This document shows positions 24,670 to 32,929 of a stretch of 47,248 bases of DNA, piece after piece. The DNA is from a virus (Duplodnaviria > Heunggongvirae > Uroviricota > Caudoviricetes), in the IMG/VR virus record IMGVR_UViG_2721755657_000003; one strand, 5' to 3'. Below the pieces are notes generated by a model that did not search any database, was not told the DNA's origin, and worked only from the letters and a program-made list of their open reading frames with translations. Position 1 is the first letter of the stretch. The number at the start of each line of letters is the position of its first letter. The position numbers and the translations under genes are program-made.

Positions 24670-25561
24670 TTGTCACCCCCATTGATATGCAGGGTGTCTT
24701 CTTCCTGTATTTTTCGTGAAGGATTTTTACTGCAGCGTTGTTCCAGGTGACCTGATGGTGAATGCGTTTATGGCTGGCACCCATCAGTGAGATTTTTACG
24801 CACGACGGCGAATACATGACGGAGTAAAAACTTTTAACGTAGGTTCCGGAATCCAGATACAGCTCGGTCATTCCGCCGCTGTTTTTCTGCGTCTGTTTCT
24901 GCCCTAACTGGACAGCACCGATCGTCATAAACAATTCACCACAGCGACCGAGATTCGTGTACGTATTCACATCCTCGTTAATGCGCCCCATGAATGAGAA
25001 CGGTCGATCAACCGAACAGATAAAGCTGTTCATTGCCTTGCGTTTCACCCACGAAGCATGGCCGCCATTGTCACCAAGAAAATCCCCGCCCTGCGACATA
25101 GCGATGGAAAGCGCGGGTATTGATTCGTAATACGCCAGCATTTCAGAAAGGATCGCATCCAGTTTCCTTATCGGGAAATAGGCCTGGTCATAGTTGCGAT
25201 CCACCCGAAACTGGAACTCGTGATAATCATCATCGAGCTGAATGAAGTATTTACACCCGACCAGTTTTGCCAGGTCGAAACAGGCATTACGGGCGTAAAA
25301 AATTGAGCGGCGATCACCAAAATTATCGGCTTCGTCAAAACGACTGGCAATATCGGCTTTGGAAAATACCAGCACCTGTTCACCAAATTCAGCCATGTAC
25401 TGATGCCGTGTCTTATCTTCATCATCAACAACGATAAAAATTTTCCCGGTATAGCCAGCACGACGCAACGTCCGGTAAGTCAGAACTTTGTCCGGTCGCC
25501 CGTGAGTCAGAATAAAGGCGCAAAAATCATCACGCATATTCCTCCTCCTCCTCCCCGCCAT
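24605..25561 (-). CDS. hypothetical protein with acidic DxD-type motifs (possible GT-A-like nucleotide-sugar transferase fold)
   Basis: 318-aa ORF; motifs FIVVDDEDKT and FIQLDDDY followed by NEDV; function not recognisable from sequence alone. Confidence 0.45.
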   Translation of the reverse strand: MAGRRRRNMRDDFCAFILTHGRPDKVLTYRTLRRAGYTGKIFIVVDDEDKTRHQYMAEFGEQVLVFSKADIASRFDEADNFGDRRSIFYARNACFDLAKLVGCKYFIQLDDDYHEFQFRVDRNYDQAYFPIRKLDAILSEMLAYYESIPALSIAMSQGGDFLGDNGGHASWVKRKAMNSFICSVDRPFSFMGRINEDVNTYTNLGRCGELFMTIGAVQLGQKQTQKNSGGMTELYLDSGTYVKSFYSVMYSPSCVKISLMGASHKRIHHQVTWNNAAVKILHEKYRKKTPCISMGVTNDSVFESRVSGSVPDDCTTNR

Positions 25562-25630
25562 GCATGATCTCCACCATGCGCTGCGTCATTCGGACAAATC
25601 CATTTTCAATAGCCTGCTGATAATCAATGA

Positions 25631-26323
25631 TCACCAGCGCGACTCCTCGAAAAGGCACTGAATTTCAGCGGGGGCATGAGCGTAATAGTCCGCAATTCTG
25701 CTGAAATTAAACACTGTGTGACGTTCTGCCGCACACAGGAGGAATTTCTCAATATCAGGATCAAGGGACGCCGAACGTATCCGGCTGATCAGCTCCTGAG
25801 TTTTCGTATCGTCGTACAGTTCACTGATATCCGGTTTACCGCCCGACGGCTCATAAACAGGCGTATCAATTTTCGTCGTATACGGCTCCTCCTCATTTCC
25901 TGTACCGGGCAAAACATCCGTCAACAGTTCATCAATTTCTGTCGGGATGAAGCCTGTCAGGGAGACATCAAAATCAGCATTGATTAGGTCCGACAGCTCC
26001 ATCCGCAACAGATCTTCATCCCAGCCAGCATTCATCGGCAGGCGATTATCTGCCAGGCGGTACGCCTTTTTCTGCTCATCCGTCAGGCCAGACAGAACAA
26101 TGACCGGAACAGAATCCATTTTGAGCATTTCAGCCGCCATAACACGACCGTGACCCGCAATAATTTCGCCCTTTTCGTCAATCAGCACCGGATTAGTCCA
26201 GCCGAATTGCTTAATACTTTCTACCAGTTGTGCCACCTGCTCAGTACTGTGCGTCCTGGCGTTGTGCGCATACGGTGACAATTCTTGTAATGGGCGATAG
26301 ACTATCTTTAATTTCTCGCTCAT
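25631..26323 (-). CDS. ParB-like nuclease domain protein
   Basis: 230-aa ORF; N-terminal region carries the ParB/Srx-type motif (NPVLIDEKGEIIAGHGRVMAA, cf. the GxxRxxA box). Confidence 0.6.
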   Translation of the reverse strand: MSEKLKIVYRPLQELSPYAHNARTHSTEQVAQLVESIKQFGWTNPVLIDEKGEIIAGHGRVMAAEMLKMDSVPVIVLSGLTDEQKKAYRLADNRLPMNAGWDEDLLRMELSDLINADFDVSLTGFIPTEIDELLTDVLPGTGNEEEPYTTKIDTPVYEPSGGKPDISELYDDTKTQELISRIRSASLDPDIEKFLLCAAERHTVFNFSRIADYYAHAPAEIQCLFEESRW

Positions 26324-26340
26324 ACAGCCTTGCTTTATGA

Positions 26341-26375
26341 ATAAAACGCACCCCAGCAGCCAGTGCTACTGGGGG
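26341..26375 (-). terminator. intrinsic terminator-like hairpin downstream of trkG
   Basis: Minus strand CCCCAG-(12-nt loop)-CTGGGG followed by UGCGUUUUAU. Confidence 0.4.
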
Positions 26376-26460
26376 CGGAGGTGTTGCTGGTAAAGTTAGG
26401 TATTGGATCAATGAGTGAGTCAACATAATATTAAACTCACAATTATAAATCAGCCATATA

Positions 26461-27918
26461 TTAGGAGCGCCAAAAAAAACCTGAAAACAATATAATAACA
26501 GGATAAATTTCAAGGCGACCAAGAATCATAGCTATGCACATTAAATATTTTGCAATGTCATTAAGCACTCCGAATGACGATGCAGTAGCCCCAAAACCTA
26601 ATCCCATATTATTAATACATGCAGCCACTGTTGCAAATGATGTAAGAAAATCATATCCCATACCATTTAACACCAGTATAAAAAACACCGTGAAGAGAGT
26701 ATAAAGAAAAAAGAAACTCCATACAGACCTCATTACACGATCTGTAACTATCTTCCCTCCTACATTTACACTCAACAACGCTCTGGGATGAGAAAGCTGA
26801 TTTATCTCGTGTTTGCTTTGTTTGAAAAGTATAAGAAATCGAAGTGACTTAATTCCACCACAGGTTGAACCTATACATCCCCCAAAGAAACTTGACAACA
26901 GCAAAAACACTATCGTGTGCGTGGGCCAGTTTGCATAATCCTGCGTAGCTAAACCATTATCAGTGAGCATGGAGCTGGCAAGAAAAAACGAATGAATAAA
27001 ACTTCCATGCAAGTCATACATACCTATATGCCAGACCTGGAAAGAGGTAACAATGATCACCCCTAAGGCTATTAACAGAAAGAAACGAAGTTCAATATCT
27101 CTGATTAAAGGTTTTATCGTTTTTCTGCTAATAACAATATACCAAAGAGTGAAGTTGAAAGCCGATAGCAGGGAAAAAGAACCAGCCACCAGCTCAACCA
27201 AATAGTTATTAAAATATCCGATACTCTCGCTATGAGTTGAGAAACCACCAAGCGAAACTGTGGAAATCCCGTGACAAATAGCATCAAACAAAGGCATTCC
27301 TGCAAGTCTATAACAGACAATACAAGCAATACCTAATAAAGAATAAGTTATCCACAGTGTCCGTGACGTATCGGCCAGGCGGGGAGTGAGTTTGTCATCC
27401 TTAAATGGCCCCGGCATTTCTGACTGATAAAGCTTTGCACCACCAATACCCAATAATGGCAATACTGCAACCGCCAGAACAATAACTCCTAAACCACCTA
27501 TAAAATTTAACTGTGACCGATAGTACAAATATGCCCGAGGTAATGAACTAACATCATCAATTACAGTTGCTCCTGTTGTTGTTATTCCAGAAACCCCTTC
27601 AAACAGAGCATCAATGAACGTTAAATTAAGTTCTGAGTCAAACCATAAAGGGAATGCACTAATAACAGAAAACAAAATCCAAAACATTACAATTATAATA
27701 AACCCATCACGGGTACGTAATTGAATGCCAGATTTCTTAGTTGTATACCACGCTCCGCCACCAATGCAAAAAAATATAACGAAAGTTATAAAGAAAACGA
27801 ACAGGCTTTTTTCTTTATAAAACAATGCTACAACCATTGGTGGCAACATTGAAAGACTATAGAGCCAAACCAGGAACCCACACATATGAGTAACAACTCT
27901 TACATGAGATGTATTCAT
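26461..27918 (-). CDS. trkG: Trk-system potassium uptake membrane protein TrkG (prophage cargo)
   Basis: Polytopic membrane ORF, strongly AT-rich; start placed at MNTSHVRVVTHMCGF... as recalled for K-12 TrkG; same position between Rz and the ParB-like gene as in K-12 Rac. Confidence 0.85.
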   Translation of the reverse strand: MNTSHVRVVTHMCGFLVWLYSLSMLPPMVVALFYKEKSLFVFFITFVIFFCIGGGAWYTTKKSGIQLRTRDGFIIIVMFWILFSVISAFPLWFDSELNLTFIDALFEGVSGITTTGATVIDDVSSLPRAYLYYRSQLNFIGGLGVIVLAVAVLPLLGIGGAKLYQSEMPGPFKDDKLTPRLADTSRTLWITYSLLGIACIVCYRLAGMPLFDAICHGISTVSLGGFSTHSESIGYFNNYLVELVAGSFSLLSAFNFTLWYIVISRKTIKPLIRDIELRFFLLIALGVIIVTSFQVWHIGMYDLHGSFIHSFFLASSMLTDNGLATQDYANWPTHTIVFLLLSSFFGGCIGSTCGGIKSLRFLILFKQSKHEINQLSHPRALLSVNVGGKIVTDRVMRSVWSFFFLYTLFTVFFILVLNGMGYDFLTSFATVAACINNMGLGFGATASSFGVLNDIAKYLMCIAMILGRLEIYPVIILFSGFFWRS

Positions 27919-28055
27919 ATCTAAATATTCTTTCAATTATAACCACCTTGCTGCAATATTATGATTATACTGTATAAAATTTAACTCCTCTTAGATCTTA
28001 CTTCACTGTTCCTTATGAAACAATCATCAAAATGAATCATATTGTAGTTAAGATT

Positions 28056-28532
28056 TTACTTTAAACACTGTTCGGTTATGTATTGCTGAGCACCTTCAAG
28101 TTGGGCCTGCATCATTACCAGTCGTTCCCGGAGGGTGAAATAATCCCGTTCAGCGGTGTCTGCCAGTCTGGGGGAGACTGCATTATCCACGCTGGAGGTG
28201 GCGGTGGCTTCACGCACTGACTGACAGACTGCTTTGATGCGCAACCGACGACGACCAGCGGCAACATCATCACGCAGAGCATCATTTTCAGCTTTCGCAT
28301 CAGCTAACTCCTTCGTGTATTTTGCATCGAGCGCAGCAACATCACGCTGACGCATCTGCATGTCAGTAATTGCCGCGTTCGCCAGCTTCAGTTCTCTGGC
28401 ATTTTTGTCGCGCTGTTCTTTGTAGGCGATGGCGTTATCACGGTAATGATTAACACCCCATGACAGGCAGACGACGATGCAGATAACCAGAGCGGAGATA
28501 ATCGCGGTTACTCTGTTCATTGCTGACCCCAC
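28056..28532 (-). CDS. Rz: spanin inner-membrane subunit Rz (i-spanin)
   Basis: 158-aa ORF with an N-terminal TM segment and coiled-coil periplasmic domain, directly downstream of the endolysin gene. Confidence 0.85.
   Translation of the reverse strand: MGSAMNRVTAIISALVICIVVCLSWGVNHYRDNAIAYKEQRDKNARELKLANAAITDMQMRQRDVAALDAKYTKELADAKAENDALRDDVAAGRRRLRIKAVCQSVREATATSSVDNAVSPRLADTAERDYFTLRERLVMMQAQLEGAQQYITEQCLK
28115..28300 (-). CDS. Rz1: spanin outer-membrane lipoprotein Rz1 (o-spanin), embedded in Rz
   Basis: 61-aa ORF in an alternative frame wholly inside Rz; lipobox VVGC and Pro-rich mature part (PPPPPAW). Confidence 0.8.
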   Translation of the reverse strand: MRKLKMMLCVMMLPLVVVGCASKQSVSQCVKPPPPPAWIMQSPPDWQTPLNGIISPSGNDW

Positions 28533-29014
28533 AAACAGATTTCACGCTCAATCTCACGACGAGTCATGAGACCTTTCCATTGCTTACCGCCAGCATATGT
28601 CCAGCGACGTAGCTGATCACATGCGCCTTTGATATCGCCCTGGTTTATTTTGCGAAGAAGCGTCGATGTTCTGAAATTGCCAGCACCCACGTTGTAAACG
28701 AATGAGTAAAGAGCGCCGCGCGTTGTTTCCGGTATATCGACTTTGATGTACGGGTTAATTTGTCTGGCGACCGTGGCAAGGTCTTTATTCAAGAGTGTTT
28801 TGCATTCTGCTTTGGTATACGTTTTACCGAGCATGATGTCTTTTCCTGTATGCCCGTGACATACAGTACATACACCAACAATATCTTTGTATGGTATGTA
28901 GCTGACACCTTCCAGACCATCGTTACCACTTGGGCCAGTGATTAACACTGATGCTATAGCAATTGCTCCGCCACCAATAGCAGCAGCAACGACTTTTCGT
29001 AATGATGGAGGCAT
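28517..29014 (-). CDS. R: SAR endolysin (phage 21/P1-type lysozyme)
   Basis: 165-aa ORF with a Gly/Ala-rich weakly hydrophobic N-terminal signal-anchor-release segment ([18 protein letters not shown]) followed by a lysozyme-like domain; start overlaps the holin stop. Confidence 0.85.
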   Translation of the reverse strand: MPPSLRKVVAAAIGGGAIAIASVLITGPSGNDGLEGVSYIPYKDIVGVCTVCHGHTGKDIMLGKTYTKAECKTLLNKDLATVARQINPYIKVDIPETTRGALYSFVYNVGAGNFRTSTLLRKINQGDIKGACDQLRRWTYAGGKQWKGLMTRREIEREICLWGQQ

Positions 29015-29229
29015 TATTCACCTCTCGCAGCCTTGCGCTTATCTTCTTTAATCTTGAAATAAAGGTTTGTCAGGTACGTCAGTAGGCCAAATACCAGACT
29101 ACCCAGCACACCGATTGCAGCCCACTGTGACGGAGTTACTCTATCGAGCAACTGTAAAAACCAGTAGCCAGCACTGCCTGCGGAGGTGCCGTAGGCAATG
29201 CCTGTTGAAATTTTGTCCATGGATTTCAT
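29014..29229 (-). CDS. S: class II pinholin with dual-start motif (S21-like)
   Basis: ORF-track ORF trimmed to [26 protein letters not shown]...; ATG codons at 29229 and 29220 give the Met-Lys-Ser-Met dual start; two TM domains. Confidence 0.85.
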   Translation of the reverse strand: MKSMDKISTGIAYGTSAGSAGYWFLQLLDRVTPSQWAAIGVLGSLVFGLLTYLTNLYFKIKEDKRKAARGE

Positions 29230-29332
29230 AGCCTCACCTCCGCACGGAACGGATGGCATAGTTATTATGTGTAGGCTTTCAGACACATCAATCAGAGCCT
29301 TAATTGATATATATGCTGGAGACGATGCAATA

Positions 29333-29355
29333 TAAAAAGCTCGCCGTAGCGAGCT
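29333..29355 (-). terminator. intrinsic terminator-like hairpin downstream of the lipoprotein cargo cassette
   Basis: Minus strand AGCUCGC-UACG-GCGAGCU (perfect 7-bp stem) followed by UUUUAUAUU; lies between lipoprotein gene 1 and the holin gene. Confidence 0.5.
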
Positions 29356-29480
29356 AATAAAATGTATTTCTCTGATATTATGTTTATTTGTATTAGCTCA
29401 GACTTGACATCACAGGTTTCGTATATAGAACATCATCAAATCTGTCAGTTTGCTATGAATGAGATATAGTAATTGAAGAG

Positions 29481-29876
29481 CTAACCTCGCATGTCAAAGC
29501 CAGATTTCTGAAAATCTCTGTAGACTTCCGGATTGTTGAAGGCCGGAAATTTGGCTTTATGAGCTGCGGACTTTATCGCTTCGCAATAGGCTTTATCACC
29601 GTTACTGGTAGATATTTTTAACGCCGTGCCATCCTGAGAGAATTCCATATGCAACCTGCATTTTTTCCCTTTCCAGTTATGCGGCTCATCAAGTTTGGCA
29701 TTAATTGCAGCTCTGATTCCCCGCGCTTGCGCCCCCCATTCATCCTGATCATCCCAGCGTCCTGAACTGCAACTACCTGTAGCAGTAGTTTTGTGGCAAT
29801 CTGAAGGGTGTAAAGGTGTGCATCCCGCAACAAAACCGACCCAAAAAGTCAACATAACGATTTTCTTTAATCCCAC
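29481..29876 (-). CDS. outer-membrane lipoprotein with divergent TolA domain III-like C-terminus
   Basis: 131-aa ORF; signal peptide plus lipobox FVAGC with Thr at +2; C-terminal half (KKCRLHMEFSQDGTALKIS...NPEVYRDFQKSGFDM) parallels the paralogue at 30027..30455. Confidence 0.6.
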   Translation of the reverse strand: MGLKKIVMLTFWVGFVAGCTPLHPSDCHKTTATGSCSSGRWDDQDEWGAQARGIRAAINAKLDEPHNWKGKKCRLHMEFSQDGTALKISTSNGDKAYCEAIKSAAHKAKFPAFNNPEVYRDFQKSGFDMRG

Positions 29877-30026
29877 TTCTTGCTCCTCAATCCATTAAAA
29901 TCTCAGCAATAGTAGTTGTTACGTCCGCCACTGGCTCAGAGCTGACTATCCGCTAAATTTAGCTCAGTGCCGTAGCTGTGTCAGAACAAACCTAAGCCGA
30001 AACCGTTTATTACAAAACAATAAATA

Positions 30027-30455
30027 TCAGGGTTTAAAATCCAGCACCCCATTTTGAAATACTTTATATACTTCCGGCGAAGGGGGGGCAGGTATATCAG
30101 CATTCTTTATCGCATTCATCGCTTCACGACATAAATCGAGGTCTCCACTTTCTCTTTTAACCTCCAGTAGAAGGCCATTCGGGGCCATATGCATTCTCAG
30201 TGTACACTCTTTTCCTGAATACTTACTCGCATCCCCGAACTGTTTTTCGATGGCGCTCTTGATTTGATGGGCATACAGACGGATATCCTCACTAACATCA
30301 GAAGTACGTTCAGATGAACTCACATACTGTGTCTCTATTGCTTTATCGGAGTAATATGATGTACGGTCATGATAATTTGTCGATACAGCATCAGTGCACC
30401 CGATAATAATCCCACTAATAATCAACGTAAGAATTGATGCGCTACGAAAACCCAT
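30027..30455 (-). CDS. outer-membrane lipoprotein with TolA C-terminal (domain III)-like domain
   Basis: 142-aa ORF; lipobox IIGC with Thr at +2; C-terminal ~85 aa match by eye the recalled E. coli TolA C-terminus (QIKSAIE..F.DAS.Y.GK.CTLR...P.G.LL......GD..LC..A..A.K.A.IP.PPS..VY.VF.N..LDFKP). Confidence 0.7.
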   Translation of the reverse strand: MGFRSASILTLIISGIIIGCTDAVSTNYHDRTSYYSDKAIETQYVSSSERTSDVSEDIRLYAHQIKSAIEKQFGDASKYSGKECTLRMHMAPNGLLLEVKRESGDLDLCREAMNAIKNADIPAPPSPEVYKVFQNGVLDFKP

Positions 30456-30484
30456 TTTTCCTCACATATGTCATATAGTAAAGG

Positions 30485-30514
30485 ATTATATATACCGTTG
30501 TTTTGGACGCTCAA
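30485..30514 (-). promoter_or_regulatory. candidate sigma70 promoter for the lipoprotein cassette
   Basis: Minus strand TTGAGC (-35), ~18-nt spacer, TATAAT (-10), then a GAGGAAAA RBS before the ATG at 30455. Confidence 0.45.
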
Positions 30515-31392
30515 ACAGCGAATCAGATCAAATAAAACGCACATTTGTTAACATTTACACAAAGTCTGCGTGGGATATTCTGAAAGAATATCCATAATGT
30601 GGAGAGAATCTATTGAAGTGCATGGTGCCGGGTGCCTCCCGGTGAACAAAATGTTCGTGATACCTGTCGGCGACAGAAAAGGTTAATGGTATCACCCCAC
30701 CGCACAGGGGGATTCACCATGCAGGAGTTTTCTTAGCAAACTCACTGCGCGCCCGGCAACTCCCAACCACATAAAATGCGGAGTTTGTGGTATTTATGCA
30801 TATAACTCGCAGGAATTATCTTAAAAAACTGATGTCGATCCGGATTAAAAAGAAGCAGGTCATCATCAGATGACTGGAAAAAAGGAAAACAAAAAATACT
30901 CATCATACAGTTTTGATTGCAGGGATGAGCCTGCTATGCACAATATGCAGAATATAAGCAAGATAAAAATATGCAGGCATATTATTTCGGATTTTGTTAT
31001 TAACACAACCTTTTTAATAATCATTTGGCATACAATAAACCAGCCCAAAAAGAACCGCCTAAACAGGCGGTTGGTTAATACAAAGGATGCTTCGTCTTTA
31101 TTATAGTAATCTGAGGCGTCGGGTGTCTTGTATCAGACAACATATTGTCCCGCTAAACAGCGAATTACAAACCACCCTGCAATGATCTCTCATCTCATTT
31201 TATATGAGTTGACGACATCAGGATAACGCATCATCAGCCCCTGCCAAGAAATATCAAAACTCCCGCCAGCAATGTGTTATCACAATATTGTAAAAAAAAC
31301 ACAGCACCGAAACTATAACTGGTCTCTGTTATAATTTGGAGCAGAAAGACCAGTTGCCCAACTAGCAGCATTCTCCCCTGCTTTCCTGACGT

Positions 31393-31420
31393 AAAAAAAA
31401 CCGCATTAAGCGGTTTTTTT
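31393..31420. terminator. bidirectional intrinsic terminator (tR'-like) downstream of the putative Q gene
   Basis: Perfect palindrome AAAAAAAACCGC-ATTAA-GCGGTTTTTTT: stem flanked by an A-run and a T-run, about 80 nt after the Q stop. Confidence 0.7.
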
Positions 31421-31500
31421 ACGATGTCCATGTCTGCAATCCGCCTCGCGATACAGCTTTGCGAAGCATAGCAAAATTGAAGCAGTTTATACGTAAGAAA

Positions 31501-32043
31501 TCAAGCCATTTTCTCAGCAAATGATTCACGCATGGGAATATATAGGGCATACTCAGCAACAGCTAACCAATTAGCAATCCGTTTTTCGCATGTGCTAAAA
31601 CACCACTCTGGGTGTGCATCATTTAGCAATTCAGCCATTTTGCGCTTAGCCATCCCCCGCCCTTCATAGCGTTGCCGGAGAATGCAAATCAATCCTGGAT
31701 GCTCTGCCAGCACCTCACTTATGACTCGATCAATACATAACGCCTCTGCATCAGTACAATGCGCCAGCCAGCTCTTTTGCTTGCCGTTGATCATCTCTCG
31801 CAAAAACGCTTCCAGCTCAGCTTTCTCTATTCCCGCTTTTTTCATTCTGCGCAGGGCTTCATTAATGGCTGTTTTCGTCAGTTTTTTGGATGCCAACAAC
31901 TGATTGAACATATTCCCTGACCTGCCACCGCCAATATACGACCAGCGCCCCCACATACGTAGTTTTCCCTGAATCCAGACACTTTCCAGCGTGGTGAGGC
32001 GAAGGTGTTCTCCGCTTTTTCCTGTATTCGTTGGGTAAATCAT
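31501..32043 (-). CDS. putative late-gene antiterminator Q (family unresolved)
   Basis: 180-aa ORF, last gene of the nin-like operon, followed by a short leader and a strong intrinsic terminator ahead of the lysis region; positional inference, no similarity to lambda Q recognised. Confidence 0.45.
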   Translation of the reverse strand: MIYPTNTGKSGEHLRLTTLESVWIQGKLRMWGRWSYIGGGRSGNMFNQLLASKKLTKTAINEALRRMKKAGIEKAELEAFLREMINGKQKSWLAHCTDAEALCIDRVISEVLAEHPGLICILRQRYEGRGMAKRKMAELLNDAHPEWCFSTCEKRIANWLAVAEYALYIPMRESFAEKMA

Positions 32044-32330
32044 AAATGACCTTTCTTTCTCCAGATTTCTTGTGTGCGAAAAACCCCTTCAGCATGCATC
32101 AGGCGCAATTCTTCTTTGGTGTAATCGCTGGTTTTTACCCGCCCGTCGATTAGATCGTGGCATGAGCTACAGGCTATCGCCGCCTGCATATCGTGTGGTT
32201 TTGTCGCTGTTCCGCACGTCCCCGCCAGCCTGTAATGCGCCAGCACAGAGGTTTCGGGATTGTGATTGCAGTAGCCAGGGATTCTGATCTGGCACATCTG
32301 GCCTTTAGCCGCTTTACGTAAATTCACCAT
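32040..32330 (-). CDS. YbcO-like nin-region protein (DUF1364, putative nuclease)
   Basis: 96-aa ORF with Cys/His pattern (MCQIRIPGYCNHNPETSVLAHYRLAGTCGTATKP...AIACSSCHDLID) resembling the DLP12 YbcO family. Confidence 0.6.
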   Translation of the reverse strand: MVNLRKAAKGQMCQIRIPGYCNHNPETSVLAHYRLAGTCGTATKPHDMQAAIACSSCHDLIDGRVKTSDYTKEELRLMHAEGVFRTQEIWRKKGHL

Positions 32331-32929
32331 TACGCAAACTCCAGTAGTTGTGCGGCCACATTTTCAACTTCCTCCTGAGAGGAGAATTTACGGAACAGAA
32401 TCCAGTTCCACAGCACATTCAGTACAGATTTATAAACCTGCTGAAACTCGACTTCGTCCATATTCGCAAAAGCGATGGATTTTGCCCGACGCCCACGGCT
32501 ACCGTCCGGATAAATATGCTCGGTGTAAAATCCGGCCTGAATGGTTACCCACTCGCGGAAAGCCTCAAACGACTTTAGCAACGCCGTATCCCGGGTTCTA
32601 CGAGTCGCAACGGTGTTAAGGTATTGCTCTGCGGCATCACTCAGGGCTGGCGTGTGTTCCCGACCAACTGATTCGCACAGGTAATCAACGAAACCAGACA
32701 GCAGTTCTCGTTCGCGAGGCGTGATCGCCCCACCGACCGGAGTCCAGTAATCGAATCCCAGTTGCAGGAGTTTGAAAAAACGCTTGTGGAATGCGTAGTT
32801 ACGCACACGCTTAAAGTCTGCGTGTATCCACTCACCTATTTTGATTTGATGCAGAAAATCGCAACTCTCCGGCGTCGCCGGGAGAAGTAAACCAGAAGAA
32901 GTTTGTTTGACCAGTTGTATATGCGCCAT
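32330..32929 (-). CDS. conserved lambdoid nin-region protein (DUF1367-like)
   Basis: 199-aa ORF translationally coupled to the ybcO-like gene; family assignment from memory, not verified. Confidence 0.5.
   Translation of the reverse strand: MAHIQLVKQTSSGLLLPATPESCDFLHQIKIGEWIHADFKRVRNYAFHKRFFKLLQLGFDYWTPVGGAITPRERELLSGFVDYLCESVGREHTPALSDAAEQYLNTVATRRTRDTALLKSFEAFREWVTIQAGFYTEHIYPDGSRGRRAKSIAFANMDEVEFQQVYKSVLNVLWNWILFRKFSSQEEVENVAAQLLEFA

Noticed and set aside
29930-30010. tRNA-like D-arm motif (TAGCTCAGTGCCGTAGCTG) between the two lipoprotein genes
   Set aside because: Only a partial D-arm-like match; no acceptor stem, anticodon arm or T-arm can be built around it.
31234-31431. 65-aa minus-strand ORF spanning the bidirectional terminator
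   Set aside because: Would be read through a strong intrinsic terminator hairpin; hydrophobic low-complexity product; more likely non-coding leader.
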